The notes beneath the pieces were generated by a model. The model saw only the letters and a list, made by a program, of their open reading frames with translations. It was not told the DNA's origin and did no database searches. A DNA stretch of 64,000 nucleotides. Origin: Azolla caroliniana (taxonomy: Eukaryota > Plantae > Polypodiophyta). Both the position numbers and the translations under genes were made by a program. Positions 33,740 to 48,434 of the stretch are shown piece after piece. The stretch spans positions 29,078,001-29,142,000 of the forward strand of contig JBHGNT010000001.1 in NCBI GenBank assembly GCA_043228905.1, given 5' to 3'. Within the stretch, counting starts at the first letter, position 1; every line of letters begins with the position of its first letter.

Positions 33740-35759
33740 CTTGTAACCATTGGATTGTGTGCCTGATATGTTTTATTTAGGATTTGAAGTTCGTATTAAT
33801 GATGTATCTAGTGTCTCACTATTACAATTTGAACTAATGATAAGTAAAATAATAAGGGAGTAAGGAGAAGATAGATTAAAGTTGCTTAACCACACAATTT
33901 CACAAACCACCCTTGCGCAAAGGACACGAGACAAACATAAAATACCATTGGTGTTCCATACCACTGAATTATTACATTATGTTATACCTTTGTTGTTGAA
34001 TAACAAATCTGAATTAGAGAGCTTAACATCACCAACAAAAACTCAACAATGTCTCGAGATGTTGTAATGAACATTGAAGGGGTAGGTAGCCCCGTTACTA
34101 TAGCTCAACACCTAAGGCTCCCAAACCACCACATGTTCCCACATTTCATAGTTATATCAGGACCCGAGATAACTAGTTTCTTGACTATCCTACTCTTAAC
34201 CCATTAAAGTTAGCCATAGAATTGGTCCATAAGATTATGCTTGTAACACTCACGTAGCCCTTGTATGTGTGATTATTGTAGTTGTGATCAATATTACGAT
34301 ACAATGTTGGTAATTAATTGTTATTTGGTATAATAATTGTGTGTTAAGTGACAATCACTTGCAAATACCTTAGTTATCTAGTTGGTCGAGAACGTTGCAA
34401 CTACACTTATCATCAAAACCCACAATGAACAACACCCTTACCATTTGACGAATGTAGAAAAGTTCCTTCTCTATCTCTTGTCTCTTGTACTTATTCATAA
34501 ATGTTCGCACATGAACACAATGATACGTTCAAAGATAAACATAATTACATACTCTACGATATAAACACACCACATAACACGATGATTCAAGCCACAAATA
34601 TCCCTTGAGAAATTATGCTAATTTTTTAGGACAAATGTGACCTTGTGTAAACTCACATGGCCATATTCAGCATCAATATATGTAAAAAATCCGCGAGGGC
34701 ATATAGATATGTACTTGTAGTTTCTCTTGAAAGCTTAAATGATTTCCACAATTGCCCATTTAGTATGTATTGCATTGTCGTTTTCTACATAATCAATTGG
34801 TTTTTGTGTTGCACCAAAAAGCCAAAGAGTTTTCACTTGATTAGTCTTTTTGCATCTCGAAGGTGAAGACATTGAAATGATAGTTAATCCATTCCTTACA
34901 GAATGATAAACAAACATGTATGTGCCATAAAAACGACGAAATTAGTAAATAAAACATGTGACATCAACAATGGCAGATGTCTAATGTATATCATAATTGG
35001 CGACTTTATCAACAAACAATTTTATGTGGGCCCCCAACAACCCTTAGAATGGATTATGAATGTTGCTACCTTTAAAATAACACATTGACACGTCTTCCAT
35101 CGTCGCTAGGCATTCACATTATGCATTATATACACGCGCAGCTTCCCCTGTCCTTGAAATTTTATAAACTTGAAAAATGTAACATGTTTGCTATGCAAAG
35201 CATACCATTGTGTACACCGAGCTCTTTTGTTTTATATCATTTTTCGTGATAGTTGATAATTGCTACAATGTATTGGATCATTCTAATGGTCATTGCTCAA
35301 GAGCGAGCATCTTACACCGTATAATAGTGTGATACTTTTCTTTGATCGATTTTTGAACTTGTCGAAGGATATGCGATAATATTGTCTCGTCACTTCATGT
35401 ATACATATATGTAGTACATATGTCTAGTTTCTTTGCATGGATGATATAAAATGTCTCATCTTGGGTGGGGGTGGGGGGGGGGGGAGGCGAGTGTGGATGA
35501 AAAAGCAAGAGAACAAAATATAGAGAAAGCTTGAAAAGAACTAATAATATATTTATATATATATATATATATAATATATATATATAAAATAGAATAAAAT
35601 AGATGGAGGCCCCACTGAAAAAGGAATAGATAAACAAATACCTCGCTTTTTAATTGTGTTTTTAGTATTTTTCGAATTAAAAAGTATATTTGTATTTATT
35701 GGTTAGTTATTTGGAAAAAGAAGAAGAAATCAAGAGCATTCGAAAAAGGCGGAAAATGA

Positions 35760-36490
35760 AGAAGGGCACGTGGCCCCCACAAACCTCCTCCAACCACATC
35801 TCCGCCAAGCCTACAGGCTCGGCAGAACACCTGGACAGATGTGGAGCCCGAGCCAAAGATGGAGAAGAATCTGATGATGATGATTGGGCGGGGGATAAAG
35901 GAACGTGGGAAAGCAAGCGTGCGTGCGTGCGTGCGTCCGTCCGTCGGTCGCACACACGAGCCTCATCTGGACCGTCCGCCAGGGGATCCGACGGCGGCCG
36001 TTCCCCCACCTCCAAACGCTCCAAAAGGAGCGGTCGGGGGATGACCAACCAGTCAGCCAGTAGTAGAAGCCTGTGGGTCCCCCCTCCGAAGCAGAGAGAG
36101 CCGTCCGATCTCCCTGGCATCCAGCGGCGTAGGGCAGTTTGACAAACCGAAGCAACTCGAGGTAAGGAAGAGGCTTTTTTTTGGGGGGGCAGGGGGGGGG
36201 TTGACCCACCCACCCCGCCGTGCAGGCTCGTTTCTGCTGACGTGGAAAGTGCAGCCCAAGAAAATGGTGTGAGCTCGGCTGAGCTGGCAGCGCGGGGGCG
36301 AGGCGAGCGGCCGCATGCAGACGTGGCAGGCCCGCGCAAGCGGGTGCTGAGAGGAGCAGGGGCGCTGCGTGACGTGGCATAGGGCCGGGGGGAGGGGCGT
36401 GCTGACGTGGTCGAAGTAGGAAGTGCAGGGGGAAGGAACGGTGGAGATGGGGGCAGTGGGGGAGATGGGGGCCGTCGATCGGGGATAATT
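35760..36490 (+). promoter_or_regulatory. GC-rich upstream region of TIC with clustered ACGTGG (G-box/ABRE/bZIP) motifs
   Basis: cacgtggc at about 35767, tgacgtgg at about 36238, 36370 and 36403, and gacgtggc at about 36320, plus several G-runs. Confidence 0.6.
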
Positions 36491-36617
36491 ACTTTCACAT
36501 AACATACATCACATACATACATCACATACATCACATACCATGTATGTAATAATAATGTATGTATGCTTTTGCTTTGGTTTGCTCCCAGAAGAGAAAAGAA
36601 ACGCTACTGACTATAGG

Positions 36618-36661
<44 letters not shown>

Positions 36662-37165
36662 TCCCCTCCACAGGCAGAGAGAGAGAGAGAGAGAGACAAA
36701 GAGAGACAGAGCTCCTGATTCTTCTTCCTCTGTCTTCAACACCTGCCATAGCCAGGAACCTCTCTTCTCCTTCTCCATCTCCTTCTCCATCTCCATCTCC
36801 ATCTCCATTTCTACCTCCTTCCCCTTCTCCTGCTTCCTCCTCCTCCTCCTCCTCCTCCTCCTCCTCCTCCTTCCCCTTCTCTCTCTCTACTTTGTTTCAT
36901 ATTTTACTTCTTCTCCATGAGTTTCCCTCCTCCCACCCTCTGCATCCGCTCCAGTCAACCACATCTGCTCTGCTTCTCTCCACCATAGCCCAAGGTCGGG
37001 GCTTTAGACTAAAAAAAGGTCCTTCTTTCAGATTCCACAAAAAATTCCGGATTTGATTCAATATATTCAGATTCAGGTTCAGGTTCAGGTTCAGATTCGA
37101 GTGATTCAGGCTCAGATTCAGATTCGTCAGATTCCGGTTCATATTCAGGTGCTTCAAGAGATCCT

Positions 37166-40100
37166 ATGGAGAGGAACAGAGAGAGCATGGGGAGGCGAAC
37201 CCTAGGGGGCGGGATCTCTTCTTCATCGTCATCTTCTTCAGTCCGACGACCTCCTCCTCCCCCCCCTCGAACTAAAGATGGATCAGGTATATACATACGT
37301 ATATTCATATATATATGCAGATGTATATATATCATATGTATGTATATATGACCCTGTTCCTTCTTCAGATCCATCAGACAATTGTGGTTAAACATAAGAA
37401 AGAATATTGTATTTTGCATATGAACCATTTATATAACTCATCTCTTCCTTCTTTCACTTGTAGATCAGGTCCTGAATAAATCAGAATGTTAAGAAGGAAC
37501 CATATCTCTTCTTCTCTTTATTCTTCTTCATCGAAGCTTGGGAAGAATGTCGCCCATTTGCTTTTCTTCTCCCACTTTTCCAATACATCATTTCCATTAA
37601 TTACTATCACTGGGTCTTCTGGAAGATTTTTGTTCTGCTAAATTTGTCACTCCCGTTGTTGCCTGAGCCTTGTGATGGGATTCTCTATTTCTTTCTTTTT
37701 TTGTTAAAAGAAAGGAAAAATGTGAAATTTGGATGCTGGTTTTTCCTTCTATCTCTAACAATCGTGGTTTTCCTTTTTGGGAACGGGTGAAACAAAAATT
37801 CTTCTGAGTTTTCTTTCTCTTTTCTAAGGCTAAGCAAAACTGTCTGTGATGAAATAGTTTTTCTTCTGTTTTTCATGTCAATGTTTTCCAATGCAAGTAG
37901 TCTCTTTAGATTTTACCTCTACCCCGGCATCTGGTGTCAGTTGCTGATGTAATTTCTGTAACTGAATGTCATGCTCTCGGTTTGGCAGAGCTAATGTTTT
38001 TTCCCTCTGTTTATGGCTAATCCAAGGCTATTTGGACGATTGTGGGTTTTTCTTCTTGTTGAGGTGGTGAAGAAATGTCTGCCCATTGACTATGATGTGT
38101 TTCTTTTATGAGCAGAAGGATGATTGAGTGATTATCATGGTGCTTTTATGTTCTTTCTAGCGATGAATCAAATGATATTTTCATGCATGAATTGTTTTTA
38201 GTTTGCTATCAATTTTGTTTGTAGACGATGAAGAAAGGATGGATGAGATGGCAATGGAACAGCCTAGGGCTTGGGAAAGGCCCAGGAAAGAGAGGATTCC
38301 TTCTACTATTCATGTTCCTTCATCTTCTTCTCTGAATCCTCGAAGCAAGAGGCGACGGCACACTGGTTTTTCTCATGAATCCCATGTGTCGGGACGATTA
38401 AATGTCCGCCCTGAAGATGCAGAGGAGTCAGCAGAAGACACTGAAATGGCTGCGTCTGAGGACGAAGATGAACCCCCGCCTCCACCACCTCTCATAAGAA
38501 GGCCTCTGAAGCCTCGGTCCCATCCAAAGGTAATAAAGTATGCGGTTATTCATCCTTGGTGTCATAATCTTTTACATGTTTTGGGCCTCCTAGTTTTCCT
38601 TCCTTTCAAATGATATGTCTTTCTAAGGTATATCCTAGCTGTACCAAGATTTGGAATGTACATGGATTTTGTAGGCTGTCCATAGTGTCTATGTCTAAGA
38701 TTTAGAGCATATTTAAATATCTTAGCTTTGTGGATGAAGCTTTGGAATGTGTAGGTTTCTGAGGTTATCCTATTGACTGAGCTCTAGAATGTAAGGATTT
38801 CTGAGGCGAGGCTTTCATCCATTTTGTCTTTGCATGCAGGAAGATGAGATGGTCATGGACATTCCCTCTGTGCCGCGCAAAGCACGATCATCAATATCAT
38901 CAAGCTCAAGATTTTCATGTAAGAGATTCTCCCTTACTTGCATTTCTCAAGAGGTTAGCTGATAACAGCTGTCTTTCATTTGTTCTTTCTTTGACAGCTG
39001 TCTCGAGAAGGTCACAAGAAGCTGTTCGGAATGATACTATTCGAAACAAATCCCTGGGACCCACACAGCCATCTTTGAATGGGAGCTCCTCCCCTGTTTC
39101 CCTTCACAAACCTGGGAAAAAACTGGTACCAATTCATGAATATCACGTTGTATATTGTTTTAATTTTGCAATTTGTTTAGTTTCGCATACAATCTGTACC
39201 ATGCTATATAGTTTGTCTTATGGTCTTAACTTACTTTAGGATTTAGAATTTGGCTTAAACAGAACAACTGGTAAATAAGGAATGTGTAGTTTGGTTTGCA
39301 ATTTTGTTAAGCTAAGAGTTTGTCTTACAATTGTTTGAAGCCGAGAATCTCCAGTCCTGTGTATGCTACCTATCGCCTGCACTGTTTCCTTATCTTTTGA
39401 TTTGTCTTTCTTGTTGGTGTATGTCAGCTATTAGCTGCACAATTTCCTTATCTTTTGATTTATATCGCGTGTCTTGTGCTTCTTGCAGAAACCTGTGACA
39501 CCCAAGTTTCGTGCAGTGAAGGTTCCTAAGGTGAAGCCTGAAATCAGATTTGTCTATTAGATTTTCCCTGCTTTTTGTTTCCAAAGAAAACCCGAAATTG
39601 TAAATTTTCACATGCAACATTTCTAAGGTTATTATGAAATCATAGGTACTGTATATATTTCCATTAGATTTGCCAATGCTGAGGTCTTTGGTTATTGTTT
39701 CTAGGTCTCAGAGGCATCAGCAATATCCGATCAGGAGGCTGAGGTGGCTGAAGCACTTTTTTCACTTGCTTGGAGCACACCTTCACAGTCAGGTCTAATG
39801 GAGCTTAAACCTGAGGTTAGACATGATATGGAAGATCAAACAGCCACTTCTGCTGCAGCTACTAATCCGATTGAACAGATCGGAAATGCCTCTAATAGCC
39901 ACCTTCGAGATTCAGCCAAATCTAGTATAGAAGGTAGGAAATCCTTCAAAAAATGTTACATTCATCTAAATCTTGTTGTAAACTTTCTTGAACACACATT
40001 TAATGCAGTCTCTTTCTTAATAGCTCCTAGAAGAAAACGGCCTCGGGTTGTCATTAAACAAGAAGAAGGGAAACTTCCTACTCCTTCCCAACCGTCCATA

Positions 40101-43100
40101 CCGATATCAACTTCTTCATTGGCAGTTAAAACAGAACCAGAACCTTCATTGGAGAGATCACAGAATTTGCCCACTGATGCTGCAAGTGTCTCGTCTGAGT
40201 GTTTGAAAGACAAAGATATTTTAAATCCTATGCAACCTCTGTTGCATTATAACGAAGAAAAAAATCAGCATGAAGTGGAAGTTTCACTGAAGGAAGTTAT
40301 CGCTGAAGGTGAGGGAGAAATAGGTGATCAACAATCTGTCTGTGCTGATACCATTAAAGTCTTGTCAAATGGCAAGGATGCTGCTGACACTGACGGTGAT
40401 ATTCCAATAGAGACAAAGTCTCTTACCAAAATAGATCTACCAATTAGGTTTGTGGTCTGAACATACACGCCTTGGTTTAGAAAAACAATCTTGTCAAGAA
40501 TTAATAGAAGGCCGCATTTGTTCTGCTTCTATGCAGTGTTTCCAGATGTGTTGATGACCTCTGTGATAATAATGGCGAAGTATCAGAAGGGAAGATTGAT
40601 TTGATGGTGAGAGAGTACATTTGTTAACTGCCAAGGATGTTGTTTTATTGTATGGTCTAACTGAGTTTACAAGTGCCTTGCTTTCTTTCTTCACTTTCTA
40701 AACAGCGCTCAGCTGCAGAAGGTGATGCCCCTGGAACATCAGTGCCAAAAGCTTCATCTGGCAATGATACTTCAGTAAGTATGGAATTCCAAGACATGGG
40801 GTGTGTTTTTGGAGGTTTGGAATAATTGATTTTGCTATTTGTGCTTGAAATAATATGTTTCCTTTTTTGCTATTTGTTCTTGGAAAAAATGTTTTTTTTG
40901 CCTGTGTTTGAAATAATTTTGGTTGCCATTTGCTCTCCTACTACAGATTTATTCAACAAATCAAAGTACAGAGGCGTCAAAATACACTATGGACGAGCCT
41001 CCGAAAGCAAATGTGAAGGATATGAATGATGCACCCCTGAATTGTAAAGAATGGATCAACGAAGGGAAGCAACGGGAATCATCAGCACAACTATATGAGA
41101 GTCAAGAAACTGAACATCAAGTTTCTCAGATCATAAAAGCACCAAAGGAAGAGAATGAATATTCAAGAACATATTCCAAATCTCAGAAAGAGGATACAGG
41201 TAAATGTTTAGTACCTTCTATACAAGAGGGCAAGACTGTTGATGTGGCTATTAGTTTAATTTTATCAAGTTGAATGCATGATATGTAACCAAGTTGAATG
41301 CTTAATGCTGAAGATAAAGGCTTGCTTATGTCTTTGCATGGATATGATTCATAAAATCTTGTTTCTCCTTCTTCTGTATTACTTACCACATTCCTTTTTA
41401 CGAAGTAACAAGGGTGTTTTCAGAAAACTTGATTGATTAACTTTTGTGGATGCTGAGAAGAATGATGGTTGATATTGTTCAATGCAGATAATGGTGTATC
41501 CTCATCTTTTGTTTCTTCAATTCCTTCAGCTGGCCCAACCTCACTTGGCTGGATAGGTGGCATACCTCAAATGGGGTATACCATGCAATTGATACTCTCT
41601 TTATTTTCCATACTAATTTTACACATTCTAAGCATATTATTTAAACAATTGTATAGATATTATGGGCCAGGAGCCACTGGCTGGATTGCAGGTGCTTCTA
41701 TCCCAAGTCCAAATGATGTTGTGAAAGTAACCCATCCAAACATGCAGGTGAAACAAAGGCAATGAAACATCTTAAATTTTATAAACAGCATTAATTACCC
41801 TGATCTGTATGCAACTTTATATCTAATTAAAACCCTCCTGTTTTTTGTGTGGTTCTTAATATTAGAAATCTTTTCCTTTATCGGATGGCCCTAAATACTT
41901 CAATGAAGAGTGACATTTAAAAAAAATTCTCTCTTTTTTATTTGATTATTTTGGATTTATTGTAGCTACCCCATACCACAATTCTTCCACCAGTTCCCAG
42001 GATGAAGCGATGTGCTACTCATGTTTATATCGCTCATTTTATTTACCATGCACAACAAGTGTCTCGACATTCTTTATGGTCGGCAGCTCTGTGCAGAGCC
42101 CCTTATAATCTCAACATCCCACCTGTAAATATCCACGACAATGAAAAACATGGAGCTTACGTGGATGTCATGCGGAAGGTGTCAGCTCAGCAGGTCTGAT
42201 TTTTTTCTTTCACTTTAAACTTTTTATTTTTCAACTGTCATGTTAGATTGCCTCTATAATGTACATGTGCCTACAATGCAACTGACACACATGGAGAATG
42301 TCTATTAAAAAGCCAGAATACAATGATGCAATGAAAGGCACGCAAGGGGAAATCGGAACCTTTAAACATAAATATTTGAAATTTGTTTCTTGTGCAGCCT
42401 GGACCTTCATATGGATATACAATATCCCAATCTAGTACACCAGGAACGAGTGGTGCTGGAGCAACATCTACTGTTTCTGCATCCAATCATGCTGCAGGCA
42501 GTGGTAACGTTGACCATGGAAATAATGCAGCTCCCAGTAATGTTATGGCTGCCCATGCTCACCAGTATCTACAGGCTATGATGCAGCAAAACGGTTATGC
42601 AACCTTCCCGTTTCCTTTCAATGGGCCATCTGGTCAGGTATTATTAAACTATATAGATCAGCCATCTCACCATGTTTAATACACAATCTTTCTAGGGGAC
42701 TGAGGTTAAGGGTTAATCACAAGTGTTGGTCACATAATCACAAGGCTCAAAACCTGACTGAGAATCTCCATATGTGTTGATTGTAATCATCTAGATTGTT
42801 GGCTGTTACAGTGTTGCCCTATAGCTAGGTATGAGGCCTAATCATAGCTTAATTTTAATTAATTCCTAGTAATATAATTATATGTAGGTGCATTAGAATT
42901 TTACATGTCCTTGGTCTTTTGTAAAGCTTGTATGGGCATTTTTATCTAATTGTGTGCTATTATTCACAGGCTGCTCAATTCTTCAATAGTCCCTTTTTCC
43001 CTCCACATATGATGCCCCCACTTCCCCAGCTTCAACCATTACCACAAGTTGGAAGTGGGCTACCTGCAGCGCAACAACAGCAGGTATCGTTACCACACCA

Positions 43101-45711
43101 ATCCAGCTCAAATCAACAACTTCAACTACAAGTTGCCCCTCCGTCTCCTTCCTCTCAGCAACAACATAGTCATCTGAACAATTCAGCTTCACACTTTGGG
43201 TCTCTGATAGAAAGGGACAGCTCTGTTGGTGGGGGCGACACTCTCTCAACAACTGATGGAAGGTTATCAGCCATGCAGAGAAACATGTGTGATCAAGGGG
43301 GTCCTTCTAACCTTCCCAACCTTAATGTGAGTCCTAAGCTTGCAACCAGTATACCTGCCATCCGTTCGCATGACCAAGATGTGTCTTCCGGAGGAAAGCC
43401 AAATGCTATCAAGTCTCAATTTCAAAGCCAAGCTCAGGCATTGCCGATGCAACAGCAACAATATATGCAACAAAACTCTGGGTCTGGAATGAATCAACCA
43501 ACTCAAGGCTATACTTCTATTATGGTCTCGGGTGCAACTAGAGCGACAACTGGCTCCCCCCGAGGCCTTGTAAATGTAGCTCCTCTGATGACGACACAAG
43601 GTCATGGATTACTATCAGGGTCTGCCGAGAGCACTAAAATGCATGTTCAACAACAGCAGATATATGGAGTCCATAATTCACAATACCAAAGAGCCATGAC
43701 AAAAGGTAGCTCTAGCAATGAGGAGGCAATGGTCTATGCAGTGAAAGGACGAGAACAGAACGAAGATAAGAAAGTGTCTTCTGGGAAGCAACAACTTGCA
43801 AGCCTTCCACATATTTCAAGAGTAGATATGGAAGTTTCTTCTCCTTCAGGATCAAGTGGTCGACTGAATAACAATACTAATATTGGTCGGACTCCAACTT
43901 CAGCAATGATCTCTGATACTCGAAACACCACTAAGCCAACCTCCTCTGTAGGGATTGTTGGTCAACAAACTCCTATGTTACAGAGCCAACAACAATCGAA
44001 ACAATCTACAAGTCGAACAAAAGCTGGTTTGGCTACAAATGCAGTTCCACTAATGCCTAATCATGTGAATATGTATGGATATGTAGATAAGCCTCCTATT
44101 CATGGGGATGGAACCAAGTTCGCAGGAACTGGGGTTCCGTTTTCGTCACAACCTGTTACCTCAAGCCAAGGTAATTCAAAGCAGAATGCTCATCATGGAA
44201 ACATGATGAAAAATGGCCAAAAGCAATCTACAAGTCAACAAGCAGCATCACCCATTTCTGCCACTACAATTAAAAGCCAAGGGCAGCAGCAGGCTCGTAA
44301 TAATATTAACAACAATAATAGTAGCAATATGAATCAGCAACAACAAGTGGTGGCAACCTCAACAACATCGAAGATGATGCCTTCAGTTTCTGCTTTACCT
44401 ACAATGCCATCTGGGAGCCTGCCAATTGGCGCATCACATTTAGTGTCTGGGCCAAAGTCAGCAGTTGGGTCTGTATCAAAAAGCCCTTCAAATGGAAAAG
44501 GGGCCAATTCTATGGCAACCAAATCAGCTCCAAGTACGAAGAAACCCTCACTGACTGGATCTGTTTCCCTAACTTCATCTATTGGGGCTATGCCTCCTAA
44601 GGCAGCAATGACAGCAACCACTACTGCTGCCACTACCCAACAGAAAAATCAGGCTGTAATGCACACACAACAATTTACGCAACAACAGCATCCGAGCCAT
44701 TTGCCAACTCAACCGGCGAAAACGGCAAACAAAAGTGCAGTGTACCCTCAGCAAGGTCAACAATACAAACAAGTATTGCAGCAACAGTCAGCGCCATATA
44801 GACCACCATTTTTCCTTCAGCATCAACAACAGTACCTGCAATCATCTTCACCATCTCAGCAGCAACAACAGCCTCATTCTCAGCATTTGCAGCCAGCCTC
44901 ACAACATCACTATCAGCAACACTCATCAAACATAGCCACTCAACATGGCCAAACACAACAACAGTTAAGGCCAGATTCTCATGCCTTGCAGCATCTTCAG
45001 AAGCAACAGATACCGGTGGCTGTTGCTTCACCAGTGAGCAACAATGGTGGTGGGTTCTCTGTTGGCTCCTCAAATTTAACCTTAGGAACCAATTCCGCCA
45101 CTCTGGGAAACAAACATAGTGATTTGGTGTCTGATAGTTCCGATCAATTCAAAGGTCAACATGATAGAGCAAATATATCGAGGGGTATATATAATTCTGC
45201 AGGTGTCATTACTACTAGTGCCCCCCGTGAAATGCTCACGACAGCTCATCCTCCAGTTTCGGGCCAAGTTAGCCCACATAGTAGCTCGCCACAGTTTTTG
45301 CAGCCATCTACTATGAAATCACTGGAGCAGAAACTTTCATCTGGTAAGCATGCCATGCTTTCCCGCCTTTTTAAATAAAAAATGCTCTAGGCATGTATGC
45401 AAGCTATCTTCCCTAATGCTGTAAACTTCCATATATATGTAGGTGTATTTGTGCGCATGCTTGTATGTATTTATGCACGTATGTGTATTATAAAGGATAC
45501 AGATAAATGTATGTGGAAGAATATGCATACATATTACACTTGTGGTATATAGAATAGCTATATGATATATAATATATATAGTGGCTATACATCGTTTATT
45601 TACAACTCTTCGACTGATCGTCTTTATGACATTTTGGCAGACATTACCCGAGAGGAGATGAGCAGTGCTCCTCCCCAAATCGCAGTTGCTGCATCAAACC
45701 CTTTGTCGTGA
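37166..45711 (+). CDS. TIC: TIME FOR COFFEE-like circadian regulator, about 15 exons
   Basis: Approximate exons: 37166-37286, 38225-38529, 38840-38918, 38998-39125, 39489-39530, 39705-39933, 40024-40447, 40706-40774, 40947-41199, 41489-41575, 41657-41748, 41966-42192, 42398-42637, 42971-45343, 45641-45711. Motifs MERNRE, RSKRRR, DEM..SVPRKARS, EVAEALF, APRRKRPR, KRCATHVYIA and QYLQAMMQQNGY.FPF, with a Q/S-rich C-terminus. Confidence 0.88.
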
Positions 45712-45913
45712 TTTGGACTGGATGGTTGTAAGTATGGAGGAGATGTACTCATCATGCGTCCACAACTGAGAAAACTGCCTTAACTAGAAGAAGAAAATGA
45801 GAAATCATCGTGGGGTGCTGAATTTGGACAGATATATATGAGACAACAAAAATTCTACGTATATCTTTTCGTTTTACCCGGACATGTCATTGAAGAAGAG
45901 AGGGAGAGATAGT

Positions 45914-46065
45914 GCCTAAATGGTTGTGGCTCAATTGGTAAGGTTGTCAAATGGAAACCAGATTGTCATGCATTCAACCCCTACTCTAGGATAAAGTGGC
46001 ATCTAGTAAATTAGTGCATAAAGTGAGATCCGAACCCAGGTATGGGCGAGTAAAAACTATAGCTC
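45914..46065 (+). mobile_element. tRNA-derived SINE-like unit, second copy
   Basis: gcctaaatggttgtggctcaattggtaaggttgtcaaatggaaaccag...ttcaaccccta...gtggcatctagt aligns with 32981-33075 and follows a GA-rich tract. Confidence 0.6.
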
Positions 46066-48434
46066 GAGCAAATGTTTTGAGCACCATGTCAGTGACAGAA
46101 GGCCAGCAGCATGACAGGGAAAAGGTTGCGAGGTCTCAGAATTTCTCAATGGTATGTATGATGCTTTGTTATATTGTTCCGACACCTCTACATCAATATT
46201 TTTTATCTATCAAATTGCCCTTTGCCCTCCCTCAGTTGATTGTGACATGGTGACAGTAAATGTAATTATGTCTCTGTAGAATCGAAAGACTTGGAGTATA
46301 TATAGATTACTCTTTGTAGATCCCCCCACCCAAAAACCCGCATTCCTTTGTATAGGTTCTACTTTCCACTTTGTGGTATTATTCTGAGATACGTAGTAAA
46401 GATACCGAGTTCCCTAAAAGGATGAGGACTTAAAAACATTCATAAATGTCAGGATTTCGGGATTAAAAAAAAGGGAGAAGCTCAGATGTTGATTGTTATT
46501 GAAACATTTCTCCTTTGTCCCCTTTAGTGCACACAAGTTCTAATATTTAACCTTAACATGGCTGTATGACATTCATATTAGAGCGAAACACTTGAACAGT
46601 ACTAATGGTTTCATTTAACAACTTTTAACATTGGCTTTTGTAACTGTTTTGTGCTTGTTTAATTTTGTCTGAAAGGCATGCAAGGCTCAGAAATGCTCAG
46701 TATTTAATATACACTAACGGATTTATTTGCTCCATGGGTTTGCATGCCAATGGATGTACAAACCTACTCCTCTTATGTAAGCGTTTAGAGAAGTCCTTAC
46801 AAGGGGAAATGCACATTGGTATGGTGACATCAATTTTTTTGCATTTGGCCTAACATTTATACGAAGCTTGCATCCCAATTCTGTCTCTTGACTCTCACAT
46901 ACATTCACATGTGCTAAATTGTGCTATCAATTTTATGCATTTCGGAAGATGAGCAAGACATACATGGAATCATGCCTTGTGAATTGTAATTCTAAAGAGA
47001 AGTGGGTATCAAGGTTGTGATCACATCAACCCAATGCCAAGATGCAGTGAACCGCATAAATTATGTTGCGATCCTTTCAAAGAGAGAAAAGTCAATCAAT
47101 CACTTGTGTTGCGATCCTTCATGTTTTTGTCTAAGATTTAGGCAAGGTTGCCCCTAGGAATTTTTTTCTGCTTTAAGATTTTTAATGAAGTTACCTCTTA
47201 TTATTTTGGTAAATTTCTCGTGTGGCTAATAAGTGTGGTAGTTGCTGACAGTGAGCTTAAAATTGAATGATGAAGACTCCAGAATAAATGTGATATATAG
47301 GTCAATGTGAAGCCCAAAGTTTTAATTGAAGAGTTTCAGCTCTCAATGTGCTAGCATTCTCGTAAACAAGAATTAAGTAGAGGCTAGCACTGTAGATATG
47401 CAACTCATAGCCTTGACATTGCAACTAAGAGGCATGAGGAATCTTCAATCTAGTACTGTACTTTACTGAAAACATTGGATGCATAAAAATTGTTAAACGA
47501 AGACAACAGATGATGAGCACTTAGTTAAAGAGAATGTTTGGACGTTTGGAGTGCATCTTGGTGTTGCACACCAAAGTATAATATATAGTTTCAGAGTGAC
47601 GTCACCTTAAGCTATGGTTGCTTGCCCTCAATGAATGTAAACATCATGCTTGCTAATTAGACCAATCGCTGATTGGCCTCTAGGTTTTTCCTTATTTAGA
47701 ATTGAATGCACTAATCTTTCTAATGGCGTGGTTGTGTTGCATATTGCCCTAGCTATACTCACAATTCTACCACCTACTGTATAGAACCTTGACGTTAGCT
47801 AAATTGAAGATTCTTGCGCACCCACTCACAATGTTTTCCTTTGCTAAAACATCTTCGTCGTTGTCCTTTCCCTAATCTTTGGTCATCTTATTAGCATTTA
47901 ATAGCTATGATCCTTCTATCTTATAACACAATTTAAAATTTGTTGTGCAGCTAGTGTGAGCTATTTATTTATTTCTAGTCCAAGCCTACGTGAGTAGCTT
48001 GTGTATACTTGATGGAGGTCCTTTTTAGTCCACAATTTAGCTCTATTGAATAGAATGACTAAGCTTGTACCAAAGGAAAATTAAATCACTAGCACAGGTC
48101 ATACATTCATTTGGTGGGAGATGGGTTTTATTCATCATTAAAGGATGTCAAATATCATCTACAATATGACAATGTAACATTTTCATGTAGTATGTGGTGT
48201 AGATTATGGTTAAGAATTTTTTTTAGAGACAGAGATTTTGGCCAAGTAGACTATGAGACAAACATACAAGCACTGGTTCACTTTACAAATGCATTTTTAT
48301 TACATTGCTTAGAAGGATATGCCAAGCTACAGTATAATATAGCACATAAAATGCACTTACAAGAAAATCCCTAAATCACCTCTTTAGGGATTGATTTATA
48401 GACAGACAACTTGAACATTTTGGATAGAAAATGA

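Noticed and set aside
35690-37056. Overlapping ORFs of 126-275 aa upstream of TIC
   Set aside because: Explained by high GC and microsatellites, with low complexity and no recognisable domain.
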